From assembly GCA_039810425.1 (NCBI GenBank), contig JBDHWW010000017.1, positions 1 through 64,000 of the forward strand: a DNA stretch of 64,000 nt, in the 5' to 3' direction. Positions within the stretch are counted from its first letter, which is position 1, and each line of letters starts with the position of its first letter. A program made the translations under genes and the position numbers. Under the pieces are notes generated by a model that made no database searches, was not told the origin of the DNA, and worked only from the letters and a program-made list of their open reading frames with translations. Shown piece after piece: positions 46,764 to 56,246 of this stretch. The stretch is from Pseudobdellovibrionaceae bacterium (GTDB lineage: Bacteria > Bdellovibrionota > Bdellovibrionia > Bdellovibrionales > Bdellovibrionaceae).

Positions 46764-47519
46764 TTAAAGCTCCCACCAGTTTATTTTTTTACCGCTCTCA
46801 GTGATGAGCGTCCCGCTGGGCTCCAGTCCCCCGTAACGTTCTTTGAGAAGCGGGTGCTCGTTGAGCGCCATCAAGAGTGAACACTGATCTGACGGAGAAA
46901 GGAAATCTTCACAACGAGAAATGGCATCAGTCATTTCAAACAGCAAACGATCCAAGCACGTCGTCCAATCCTGACCGAGCAGGGGAACTCCCGGAGGCAG
47001 GCTGCCCAGTATCGAACCTGCCGCCGCCACCTCTAGAGGGGAGGCCAAAACATTGACACCGAGGCCGACGATCACACGCACTTCGTCGCCTTGTATAACG
47101 GATTCAAGTAAAATCCCGGCGACTTTTTGATCGCCGATGTAGATGTCATTGGGGGCCTTGATATTCCAGGCCAGGAAAGGCCACGTCGTTGAAAGCGCGC
47201 GGAACACCGCCAAGCCCACCAGGCATGAGGTTGTCGGCTGGGGCTTTGCGTTTAGCAGGTAGCTCCAGGAACTCAGCAGCGCGCTGCCAGGTTTAGGGGC
47301 GACCCAGATATTCTTGCCGCGGCCCCGGCCGGTGGTTTGATGATCTGTCAGGAAAATGCAAAGAGCTTCTTCCATCAACGATTCGTCAAAGGCCTTGGCT
47401 TTGGCGAAATCGCTTGTGCTGTTCATCGCGGCTTCGTAGTGCGCGTAAATACGATTATTCGCCGCCCACTTTTGCGTGACCTCTCCGAGGCGGATATCTG
47501 TGACCGGAGAATCCTGCAT
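46764..47519 (-). CDS. birA: Biotin-protein ligase
   Basis: STSD, QTTGRGRG..W, KAPNDI, KVAGILLE, GLGVN. Confidence 0.88.
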   Translation of the reverse strand: MQDSPVTDIRLGEVTQKWAANNRIYAHYEAAMNSTSDFAKAKAFDESLMEEALCIFLTDHQTTGRGRGKNIWVAPKPGSALLSSWSYLLNAKPQPTTSCLVGLAVFRALSTTWPFLAWNIKAPNDIYIGDQKVAGILLESVIQGDEVRVIVGLGVNVLASPLEVAAAGSILGSLPPGVPLLGQDWTTCLDRLLFEMTDAISRCEDFLSPSDQCSLLMALNEHPLLKERYGGLEPSGTLITESGKKINWWEL

Positions 47520-48343
47520 TAGTCCTCCCAGTCAAAGACCAGGCTCACGTCGGCACAAGGTGCCGAATGAGTCAAAGCGCCAACAGATACGAAATCAATA
47601 CCGATATCCGCGACGGAGCGAACGCGGTCGAGAGTCATGTTGCCGCTGGCTTCTGTTTCGATTCCCGCGGGCACCAGTCCGCGGGCTTTTTTGAGCATTT
47701 CGTTGTCCATGTTGTCGAGAAGAATGCGGCGAACTTTTTGGTCCACGGCTTTTTTCACCTCATCCAACGTGCGGGCTTCTACTTCAATGGGCAATTGGCT
47801 GTGCTCGCGCACGCGGCCGACGGCTTCAGACAAACCACCCATGACGGAGATGTGGTTGTCCTTGATCAAGATCGCCGTCGAAAGATTCATACGGTGATTG
47901 ACGCCACCTCCGTGATGAACGGCCTTCTTTTCAAGTTCACGGAAGCTTGGTGTGGTCTTACGGGTGTCCAAAACCTTCGTGCGAGTGCCTTCAAGAGCTT
48001 TCACAAAACGGCGAGTGAAGGTCGCAATTCCCGAAAGGTGGCCGAGAAAGTTCAAAGCCACGCGTTCGGCCTTCAGGATCTGAACGAGGTCGCCCTCGAT
48101 CGTGCAGAGGATTTGGCCCTTTAGGATTTGTTCGCCTTCTTCAAAGTGCCATTTCACTTTCGCATTCGGCTCAAGATTCAACATTGTCTGTTCAAATACC
48201 ATGGCGCCGGAAAGCACGATGTCTTCCTTGGCTTTCAAACGAGCGCGGCCATGCCGGGGTTTTAAAGCCAAAGCTTCGGTAGTGACATCGCCAGAAGGCA
48301 TGTCTTCTTTGATCGCGGCGCGGATCAAATCAAGGAGTGTCAT
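47519..48343 (-). CDS. nadC: Nicotinate-nucleotide pyrophosphorylase
   Basis: ERVALNFL, DTRKTTP, IKDNH, LLDNM, EASG, GALTHS. Confidence 0.96.
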   Translation of the reverse strand: MTLLDLIRAAIKEDMPSGDVTTEALALKPRHGRARLKAKEDIVLSGAMVFEQTMLNLEPNAKVKWHFEEGEQILKGQILCTIEGDLVQILKAERVALNFLGHLSGIATFTRRFVKALEGTRTKVLDTRKTTPSFRELEKKAVHHGGGVNHRMNLSTAILIKDNHISVMGGLSEAVGRVREHSQLPIEVEARTLDEVKKAVDQKVRRILLDNMDNEMLKKARGLVPAGIETEASGNMTLDRVRSVADIGIDFVSVGALTHSAPCADVSLVFDWED

Positions 48344-48390
48344 ACAAACCTCTTTTTCACAGAATGGGAGCTATAGTTTCAAACTAAAAA

Positions 48391-49587
48391 CTAGTTTGAT
48401 TTTTCGACGTCGCGGAGGATTTTATTAATCTCTTCGCGGACGATTCTTTCAGCCATCTCTGGTATCACCTTCCAGCAGATACTTTCAATGACTTCTCGAG
48501 CTTCTTCACGAATGACTCGCTCAATCATCTCAGCATCGTTGGGGTTGCCTGGAGCGGCAGGGGGTGGGGTCTTCTTTGGAGAGGCCTTCGTGTGAACTTT
48601 TTCCATCGCCTCAGTGGAAAGGTTTTTAAGTTCATCGGCATATTTTGGCGGAAGTGAGGCTATCTTGGTCGCGGCCAAATCGTCGCCAAAGTGGATTTCT
48701 TCAAACTCCCCTTCAACTTCGACATAGGCATTGTCGATATCGTTCTGGGGAATGACGAATTTTTTAGAAAAATCTTCGTCGTCGGTGGAGTTCGGAGAGG
48801 CTGCGGTCTCAACCGGCAGGTCGATTTTAAACTTTTTAATGTCTTGGCGTTGCCAGCCGTCATCTTCGAGTTGGTCTTTTTGCTGAGAAGAGTTCAGCGG
48901 AACAGACGCAAACTCTTCGTTATCCGCCACCACTGCGAACTCTTCCCCTTCAGGATTCACATCTGGATTGTCGACCATGAGCAAGGCATGGCCTGTGCGG
49001 GTAATACCAGAGTTTGTTCCCTCTTCTGGGATGCTGAAAAATTCAGCATTTTCCGTGGCATTCGGGTCAAAATTGTCAAAGTTCATAGGGGAGGAGTCGG
49101 GCAGCTTGGCCTGAGGTTTTGTTGGAGGGGCTTTCGGCAGACCCGCCTGTGGAGGAGGGGTCTCTTTGAACTCTGGCATTTTGGGAAACTGCAAATACGA
49201 GCTGATCGGATTGCTTTGAGTTTTTGGGACTAAATCTTGAACCAATTGGCGTAGGGCTTCGGCATCGAAAGGCTTTTCGAGACGGGCATCCGGAGCCGCC
49301 TGATTGAGCTTGGCTTCATCAACTTCCATGAAACTGCTCCACATCAGAACAACAGGCACGGCTTGCGTCTCGGCATCGGTTTTTAAATCCGCACAAACTT
49401 CGTAGCCATTTCTTTTAACCAACAGCACATCCGCAAACACAATGTCAGGTTGAAAAGTTTTGGCGACCGGCAGAACATCGAGACCTACCGGGACGGCTTT
49501 CACCTCCACTCCAAAATCTTGGAGGGCCAACTGCATAACTCGTTTAATTGTAGAACTCTCATCCGCTAGTAAGACGCGTAAAGCCAT
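48391..49587 (-). CDS. romR: RomR-like response regulator (REC, Pro/acidic linker, Glu-rich C-terminus)
   Basis: N-terminal LLADESSTIKRV receiver; C-terminal EVIESICWKVIPEMAERIVREEI matches the RomR C-terminal pattern. Confidence 0.7.
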   Translation of the reverse strand: MALRVLLADESSTIKRVMQLALQDFGVEVKAVPVGLDVLPVAKTFQPDIVFADVLLVKRNGYEVCADLKTDAETQAVPVVLMWSSFMEVDEAKLNQAAPDARLEKPFDAEALRQLVQDLVPKTQSNPISSYLQFPKMPEFKETPPPQAGLPKAPPTKPQAKLPDSSPMNFDNFDPNATENAEFFSIPEEGTNSGITRTGHALLMVDNPDVNPEGEEFAVVADNEEFASVPLNSSQQKDQLEDDGWQRQDIKKFKIDLPVETAASPNSTDDEDFSKKFVIPQNDIDNAYVEVEGEFEEIHFGDDLAATKIASLPPKYADELKNLSTEAMEKVHTKASPKKTPPPAAPGNPNDAEMIERVIREEAREVIESICWKVIPEMAERIVREEINKILRDVEKSN

Positions 49588-49635
49588 AGTGAAAGTAAAG
49601 TAGGAATTTAGACTTGAGTCAACAATAATAGTTTT

Positions 49636-50715
49636 ATGAATCGAATCGACCGTTATGTCTCTGGCTTATTCTGGGTTTCTTTTATTGGTGGCAGCCTTGT
49701 CTTCGTGACTATTTTTTTGGCGGTCGATGCCATGAGCACCATGGTTAGCCACAAGGATCTGAGCCTGGCGGTTCTGGCAAACTATTATCTGTACTACGTT
49801 CCAGAGATCTTCAATAAACTGCTGCCGATCGCCTGCTTGCTGGGGGTGATCCTCGCGATCTCGGCGATGAACAAAGCCAACGAGCTTGTGGCGTTGTTTG
49901 CTGCGGGGATGAGTTTGTTCCGGATCACGTTGCCTTTGCTCATTTGGGTGTTGGTGATTTCAGGGGTGGCTTTTTTTTCGATGGACCGCTTGGGGCCGAC
50001 GATGAATCGGAAGAAGAACTACATTCTCTATAACGACATTGAAAAGAAGCCCTCGATGTACTCGGTCGTGAAAACCAACAGGATTTGGTACCGTTCGAAA
50101 AACGCGATTTTCAACATCAAAACTTTGAGTGCCCAAGGCGACAAAGCGCAAAGCCTGACCTTGTATTTTTTTAGCCCCGAGTGGGATTTGCTCCAGATGA
50201 TTACGGCGGACAAAGTGGAATTGGGGTCGCAGACGTGGACGCTGTTTGATGGTTCGGTGACCTTGTTCACCGGCAACTCGAGCTTCCCGCTGACGAGCCA
50301 GTTTAAGACCAAGAAAATCGCGATGGGGGAGGACGCCCAAGATCTGCAATCCACCGGGCAGACTTCAGATACCCTGAGCCAATCGGAATTGGCGAAATTC
50401 ATTGAGCGCAATAAAGAGGCGGGGCTCGATACGATTCGCTACGAAGTCGACTATCAATCGAAGTTTAGCTACGCGTTTGCCGGTCTCGTGATGTGTCTTT
50501 TGGGTATACCTTTTAGTGTTGGCAAAGCCCGGTCGGGCGGCACGATGGCAAACTTTGGTATCGTCATTCTGTTGGTGTTTGCCTATTGGATTTTGTTAAG
50601 CTCCAGTTTGACTCTCGGAACCCACGGTCATTTCAATCCCATCGTGGCGGCGTGGGCACCTAACCTATTGATGGCTGGTCTTGCTTATTTCTTTCTGTTG
50701 CGGCTTAAAAGATAA
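49636..50715 (+). CDS. lptG: LPS export ABC transporter permease (LptG/LptF family)
   Basis: RIDRY start, NELVALFAAGMSL, AAWAPN. Confidence 0.8.
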   Translation: MNRIDRYVSGLFWVSFIGGSLVFVTIFLAVDAMSTMVSHKDLSLAVLANYYLYYVPEIFNKLLPIACLLGVILAISAMNKANELVALFAAGMSLFRITLPLLIWVLVISGVAFFSMDRLGPTMNRKKNYILYNDIEKKPSMYSVVKTNRIWYRSKNAIFNIKTLSAQGDKAQSLTLYFFSPEWDLLQMITADKVELGSQTWTLFDGSVTLFTGNSSFPLTSQFKTKKIAMGEDAQDLQSTGQTSDTLSQSELAKFIERNKEAGLDTIRYEVDYQSKFSYAFAGLVMCLLGIPFSVGKARSGGTMANFGIVILLVFAYWILLSSSLTLGTHGHFNPIVAAWAPNLLMAGLAYFFLLRLKR

Positions 50716-50804
50716 TGAGGTATTACCGCTATTTAGCATTAAAGATGCGGTGCAAAAAGGCATCTGTTGGTGTACAATGTATCTGACTCTCGGAGGTCGT
50801 AATC

Positions 50805-51422
50805 ATGGTCCTCGAAATTTTGAAATTTCCTGATCCTCGTTTGCGCGAAGTTTGTAAGCCTGTCGACAAAGTCACTGAAAAGCACGCCCAGCTTGCGAAA
50901 GACATGTTGGAAACTATGTACCACGCGCGCGGTATAGGTTTGGCAGCTCCGCAGATCGGTGAGTTGATTCGCATGCTCGTGATTGATACGCGCCCTCGCG
51001 ACAAAGAAGGCCGCCGTTATAGTTACGACGAAATGACCGAGCTTGAAAAATCCGTGACTCAACCTTTGGTTCTGATCAATCCCGTGATCGTGAAGGGTGA
51101 AGGCAAAACAACTTTCGACGAAGGTTGCTTGAGCGTGCCGGGTTATTACGAAACCGTGGAGCGTTACAATTACGTTGAAATCAAAGCATTGAATGAAAAG
51201 GGTGAAGAGATCTTGGTGAAAGCCGATGGTCTTTTGGCAATTTGCATGCAGCATGAGATGGATCATTTGGAAGGGACTTTGTTCATTGATCATTTGAGCT
51301 TCATCAAGGGCAACAAGATTAAAAATCAAATTAAAAAACACGGTTACCCAACTCCGAAAGCTGATGAGGATCAGGAAGAGGACGTTGAAACCGAAGATGA
51401 AAAAGAAAGTGTTAAAGTGTGA
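50805..51422 (+). CDS. def: Peptide deformylase
   Basis: GIGLAAPQIG, EGCLSVP, QHEMDHL. Confidence 0.97.
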   Translation: MVLEILKFPDPRLREVCKPVDKVTEKHAQLAKDMLETMYHARGIGLAAPQIGELIRMLVIDTRPRDKEGRRYSYDEMTELEKSVTQPLVLINPVIVKGEGKTTFDEGCLSVPGYYETVERYNYVEIKALNEKGEEILVKADGLLAICMQHEMDHLEGTLFIDHLSFIKGNKIKNQIKKHGYPTPKADEDQEEDVETEDEKESVKV

Positions 51423-52369
51423 GCAAGGTCCGCATTTGCTTTTTAGGAACCCCGGAATTTGCCGTGACTTCCCTCAAGGCACTCATCGAAGACAGTCATT
51501 TTGAAGTCGTCGGCGTGGTGACACAGCCGGATCGTCCCGCCGGCCGCAAAATGCAGCTCACGCCTTCGCCGGTTAAAATGCTCGCCATGAATCATGGCCT
51601 GCATGTGATCACTCCGGAATCTTTGAAAAAAAATCCGCAACGTCTGGAAGAAATCCGCGCGTGGGGAGCCGAGGTCGCCGTGGTGGTGGCCTTCGGGCAA
51701 ATCTTGACCCAAGAGTTTTTGGATATGTTTCCGTATGGCGCCGTCAACGTGCATGGCAGTGTGTTGCCGCGCTGGCGGGGGGCGGCTCCGATCCAGAGGG
51801 GTATTGAAGCCGGCGACCCAGAGTCCGGCGTGACCCTGCAAAAGATGGTTAAAAAACTCGATGCCGGAGACCTCATCGGCATCCGCCGCGTGATTTTGGA
51901 TAGTGAAATTACGGCGCTGGAGTTGCATGATAAGCTCGCCGTGCTCGGCGCGGATCTTCTGCGTGTGGAGCTCATGGATTACGTTCGTGGCAACTTGGTG
52001 CCGCATCCGCAGGATGAGTCGCAAGTCACCTATGCCCATAAAATTGAAAAGGCCGAGAGCGAAGTCAAATGGATGCTGCCGGCGGTGGAAATCCATAACA
52101 AGATTCGCGCTTTGACCATGGGACCGGGCTCTTACACCTGGCTGGGTGGTAAAAAATTGAAAATCCATAGAACCCGTGTCAGTGAAAAAGCGGGTTCGCA
52201 TCCCGAGGCCGGCTTTATCCACGATGCGAACGACGAATACATTTCTGTGCAATGTGGCGGTGGAATCCTAAATATCTTTGAAGTTCAGCCGGAATCGCGC
52301 AATCGTATGCAAGTCAGTGATTTCTTAAAAGGTCATCCGCTCAAAAAGGGAGATTTCATCGGTGTCTAA
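51419..52369 (+). CDS. fmt: Methionyl-tRNA formyltransferase
   Basis: FLGTPEFA, VVTQPDRPAGR, NVHGSVLPRWRGAAPIQ. Confidence 0.97.
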   Translation: MSKVRICFLGTPEFAVTSLKALIEDSHFEVVGVVTQPDRPAGRKMQLTPSPVKMLAMNHGLHVITPESLKKNPQRLEEIRAWGAEVAVVVAFGQILTQEFLDMFPYGAVNVHGSVLPRWRGAAPIQRGIEAGDPESGVTLQKMVKKLDAGDLIGIRRVILDSEITALELHDKLAVLGADLLRVELMDYVRGNLVPHPQDESQVTYAHKIEKAESEVKWMLPAVEIHNKIRALTMGPGSYTWLGGKKLKIHRTRVSEKAGSHPEAGFIHDANDEYISVQCGGGILNIFEVQPESRNRMQVSDFLKGHPLKKGDFIGV

Positions 52370-53000
52370 GCTCGTTGCGCCCAGTATCCTTTCTGCTGAT
52401 TTTGCCAACCTCGAAAAAGAAATAAAAGCAATCTCAGCGGCCGGTGCGGATTGGGTGCATGTCGATGTGATGGATGGCCATTTCGTCCCGAATTTGACGA
52501 TCGGAATTCCCGTGGTGGAATCCCTCAAGAAGGTGAGCCGCCTGCCTTTGGATGTGCATTTGATGATTGAAAAGCCGGAACGCTATATCGAAGACTTCGT
52601 CAAAGCGGGCAGTGACTATCTCACAATCCACGTGGAGGCCACCGAGAAGCCGCACGAAGTTTTGCGTAAGATCCGCTTGCTCGGCGCGAAAGCGGGGATT
52701 ACTCTGCGCCCGGGCACCCCACTGAGCGAAATTACGCCATATCTGGGCGAAGTCGATCTCGTTTTGGTGATGACGGTGGAGCCGGGCTTCGGCGGGCAGA
52801 GCTTCATGATGGACCAAGTGGAAAAAATGAAAGCTTTGCGTGAAGAACGCGAGCGCCGTGGTTTGAAGTATCTGATCGAAGTCGATGGTGGTGTGAATGA
52901 AAAAACGCTGGCGTATTGCAAAGACGCCGACGTCTTGGTTGCCGGGAGCTATGTTTTCCGCAATGATTACAAAAACGCCATCGAGTCTTTAAAGGCATGA
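52362..53000 (+). CDS. rpe: Ribulose-phosphate 3-epimerase
   Basis: APSILSADF, HVDVMDGHFVPN, MTVEPGFGGQ, EVDGG. Confidence 0.97.
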   Translation: MSKLVAPSILSADFANLEKEIKAISAAGADWVHVDVMDGHFVPNLTIGIPVVESLKKVSRLPLDVHLMIEKPERYIEDFVKAGSDYLTIHVEATEKPHEVLRKIRLLGAKAGITLRPGTPLSEITPYLGEVDLVLVMTVEPGFGGQSFMMDQVEKMKALREERERRGLKYLIEVDGGVNEKTLAYCKDADVLVAGSYVFRNDYKNAIESLKA

Positions 53001-53009
53001 TTTGAGCAA

Positions 53010-53951
53010 ATGAAAATCGCAAATATCTTACTAGCACTTTTAGTTCTTTGCCTGGGGCTTTCCGCGCTCGGAGAGGGACAGTGGTTTTTAGATCTGTTCT
53101 CTCACTTCATGTTGCAGTACGCGGTTTTGGCTTTGCTGCTGGCACTTTTCTTTCGTGCTAAAGTGCAGAAAAATAGTTCCTATATTGCGCTGATTGCTTT
53201 TATCTACATCTGCGTGCAGCTTGCCAATGTGGTGGATCATCGCGCGCCCATGGTGAAGATCCCGAAAGAGCCCGAGCGTGTTCGCATTTTTGAATTCAAC
53301 GCTGGAGGCAATGCGGAAGTGTTGAAAAACTGGCTGCCGTTGCATTCGGGTGAATTTGATGTGGTGGTGTTGCTGGAAGCAGGTCTGCAGTTTGATCCGT
53401 TGCTCGAGCAACTCAAGTCCCAATACCCATATCAAGCCGTGCACTTGGAAAATTCTCCCTTTGGCCTCGCGGTCTTGAGTCGGTGGGAAATCACCGAAAA
53501 CAAAGCCTTTGAATCCGAAGGGGGAAGTTTTCAGCAGTACGAATTGAAAATCAAACGCCCTGCGGGGGATGAGTTTCTACTGTATGCTTTGCATGTCCCA
53601 CCGCCGGTTGCGCCTCAACTGGCGAATGCGCACGAGGCGATTTTTGGCGAGCTTGCCGAGAAGCTACACGACAAACAATTCCCGGCGGTTGTGGTGGGCG
53701 ACCTGAACACCACGGCGACGTCACAGCGGTTTTTGAAGCTCCTCAAGAGCACCGGGCTGCGTGATACCGGCGGGATTTCCCCTTGGGCGAATACCTGGCC
53801 CGCGCTGTCTGTGAATCTGTTTTCGCTCTTAGGCCTGCGTATCGACCATTGCCTGGTTTCTAACAGCTTCTCAATCGTTGAGCGCGAGCGCCTCACGGAT
53901 CTGGGCTCGGATCACCTGCCGTTTAAGTGTGTTCTTCAGGTGGAAAAGTAG
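53010..53951 (+). CDS. Endonuclease/exonuclease/phosphatase family membrane protein
   Basis: N-terminal TMs; VVGDLN, IDH, GSDH. Confidence 0.88.
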   Translation: MKIANILLALLVLCLGLSALGEGQWFLDLFSHFMLQYAVLALLLALFFRAKVQKNSSYIALIAFIYICVQLANVVDHRAPMVKIPKEPERVRIFEFNAGGNAEVLKNWLPLHSGEFDVVVLLEAGLQFDPLLEQLKSQYPYQAVHLENSPFGLAVLSRWEITENKAFESEGGSFQQYELKIKRPAGDEFLLYALHVPPPVAPQLANAHEAIFGELAEKLHDKQFPAVVVGDLNTTATSQRFLKLLKSTGLRDTGGISPWANTWPALSVNLFSLLGLRIDHCLVSNSFSIVERERLTDLGSDHLPFKCVLQVEK

Positions 53952-54026
53952 GAAAAATTCATCCGGGGCTTCAGCACGGGGGCTTTTCCTTGAAAGCCCG
54001 GCGGGGACTTGCTACAAGATTACACA

Positions 54027-55376
54027 ATGATTAAATTTACCGACCTTCCACTCGTGGCTCCGCTTCAATTCGCACTTAAAGACGCTGGGTATGAAACTCC
54101 CACTCCCATTCAATCCCAGGCGATTCCGCTCATCCTTGAGGGCCGTGACCTCTTGGGAGTGGCGCAAACGGGAACCGGAAAGACGGCGGCCTTCTGTTTG
54201 CCGATTCTGCAACTGTTGGCTAAAAATCACATCCGCCGTGAACCGAAATGTCCCCGGACTTTGATTCTGACGCCGACCCGTGAATTGGCGATTCAGATCC
54301 ACCAAAATCTAGAGACCTACAGCAAGCACTTAAAGCTTAAACACGCCGTGATTTTCGGCGGTGTCGGACAAGGCAACCAAGTCCGTGATCTTGCGGGTGG
54401 GGTGGATGTGCTTGTGGCGACTCCGGGGCGTTTGATGGATCTTTTTCAGCAAAAGCACTTGCGCCTCGATAAGGTGGAGATCTTCGTTTTGGATGAGGCG
54501 GACCGCATGTTGGATATGGGTTTCATTCAAGACATTAAACGCATTTTGCCGCTTCTTCCGAGTAAGCGTCATAACTTATTTTTCTCCGCCACCATGCCGA
54601 AGGAAGTGCAAGACCTTGCGACCCGTATTTTGCACGAACCACTGAAAGTCGAAGTGACTCCGCAGGCAACGACGGCTGAGAAGATTGATCAGTCTGTGAT
54701 GTTTGTTGAGAAGGCGAAGAAGTTTGATCTCTTGATGCATCTGCTTGAGGACAACAGTCTTTTCAAAGTCCTTGTGTTTATGCAGATGAAACACGGAGCA
54801 AATCGTATTGTCGATAAACTGACGAAGCAGGGAGTTCAGGCGGCGGGGATCCACGGGGATAAATCTCAAGGGGCCCGTCAGCGGGCTCTTGAGGATTTCC
54901 GGAGCGGCAAAGTTCGAGTGCTTGTGGCGACCGACATTGCGGCTCGGGGTTTGGATATTGATGGCATTACTCACGTGATTAATTTTGAGCTCCCGCATTT
55001 GCCGGACAGTTATGTCCACCGTATCGGCCGCACGGCGCGGGCTGGTGCTGAAGGAAAATCCATTGCCTTCTGCACGGCGGAAGAGAAATCATATCTCTAT
55101 GCGATTGAGAAAACGACACGGCAAAAAGTGACGGTCGTCGACGATCACCCCTTCCATTCCGATGCAAGTGCCTCGGCTTCTGTGATGAGCGTCGGTAAAG
55201 CCAAGGCGGCGATCGAAAAACAGGGGCAGCACCACGGCGGTGGCCGCGGCGGCGGACCTGGCGGACGAAGCAAAGCTGGCGGTCCGGGCGGGGATGGAAA
55301 ACCGCAAAAACGCCAAAGTTTTTTCAAGCGCAGGAAACTGGCTCAGCAGAACAAAAAACAAGGACCTAAGAAGTGA
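54027..55376 (+). CDS. rhlE: DEAD-box RNA helicase (RhlE-like)
   Basis: AQTGTGKT, PTRELA, DEAD, SAT, HRIGRTAR. Confidence 0.85.
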   Translation: MIKFTDLPLVAPLQFALKDAGYETPTPIQSQAIPLILEGRDLLGVAQTGTGKTAAFCLPILQLLAKNHIRREPKCPRTLILTPTRELAIQIHQNLETYSKHLKLKHAVIFGGVGQGNQVRDLAGGVDVLVATPGRLMDLFQQKHLRLDKVEIFVLDEADRMLDMGFIQDIKRILPLLPSKRHNLFFSATMPKEVQDLATRILHEPLKVEVTPQATTAEKIDQSVMFVEKAKKFDLLMHLLEDNSLFKVLVFMQMKHGANRIVDKLTKQGVQAAGIHGDKSQGARQRALEDFRSGKVRVLVATDIAARGLDIDGITHVINFELPHLPDSYVHRIGRTARAGAEGKSIAFCTAEEKSYLYAIEKTTRQKVTVVDDHPFHSDASASASVMSVGKAKAAIEKQGQHHGGGRGGGPGGRSKAGGPGGDGKPQKRQSFFKRRKLAQQNKKQGPKK

Positions 55377-56194
55377 CATTCGCCGGAACCGTTCAAGAGT
55401 TGAATATTTATCCTATCAAATCCTGCCAAGGGCAGCCTGTGAAAGAGATGAATATCACCTTGGAGGGGCCCGAAGGCGATCGTCAGTGGATGATCGTTGA
55501 TGACAACGGCGGTTTCCTGACTCAGCGAACTTTGCCGAAGCTTGCGACAGTGCAAGTACTGGTGAATGATTCAGGTTTAAGCATCGGGATCGGTAAGCAG
55601 TTCTTTGTTGTACCTAAGACCAACTCCTTGAAGCGCATGATCCGCGTGAAGGTCTGGAACGATGAAATCGAGGCCGCGCTGGAGCCGGATCTGTTCTCGC
55701 AAGCCTTGTCTCAACATCTCGGCGTGAATTGCCGTTTGGTGCGTTATGCGCCGACCTCAAAACGCCTAGTACCCTGGCGGCAGGAGCCAGGTGATTCGAC
55801 AGCCGACTGGCATCCGGAAGTGCGTTTTGCCGACGGCAGGCCTCTGTCATTGCTCAATACGAAATCGCTTCAAGATTTGAACTCTAAACTGGCCATTCCC
55901 GTGGGGATGGAGCGTTTCCGGGGAAACATCGTTTTCACGGGCCAGGCGGCTTTCGAAGAAGACCAATGGCAGCGCCTTCGCATTGGTGACGTGACCTTTA
56001 CCCAGCCTAAGAAATGCTCGCGCTGCAAGATCATTACGATGGACCAAAAGACCGGCGAGTCGCCGACTCCCGAGCCCTTGAAAACTCTGTCGGGCTATCG
56101 TCGCGACGGCAATAAAGTGAACTTCGGTGTTTTGTGGATTCCAGAAAACACCGGTCGCATTACGCTAGGAAGCCCCCTCGAAGTCCTCGCCTAA
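55373..56194 (+). CDS. MOSC domain protein (YcbX-like)
   Basis: IYPIKSC, DRQWM, FADG.P, RFRGNIV, CSRC. Confidence 0.9.
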   Translation: MTFAGTVQELNIYPIKSCQGQPVKEMNITLEGPEGDRQWMIVDDNGGFLTQRTLPKLATVQVLVNDSGLSIGIGKQFFVVPKTNSLKRMIRVKVWNDEIEAALEPDLFSQALSQHLGVNCRLVRYAPTSKRLVPWRQEPGDSTADWHPEVRFADGRPLSLLNTKSLQDLNSKLAIPVGMERFRGNIVFTGQAAFEEDQWQRLRIGDVTFTQPKKCSRCKIITMDQKTGESPTPEPLKTLSGYRRDGNKVNFGVLWIPENTGRITLGSPLEVLA

Positions 56195-56246
56195 CGCGAG
56201 GCATCCGAATTAGGTACGGCGTACCTTTTGTGCTAGGTTCCCTGGA

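Noticed and set aside
24314..52252. Long antisense ORFs (24314-25150, 26894-27709, 30742-31566, 37867-38787, 51443-52252)
   Set aside because: Each lies opposite a well-supported conserved gene and is best explained as a codon-bias shadow.
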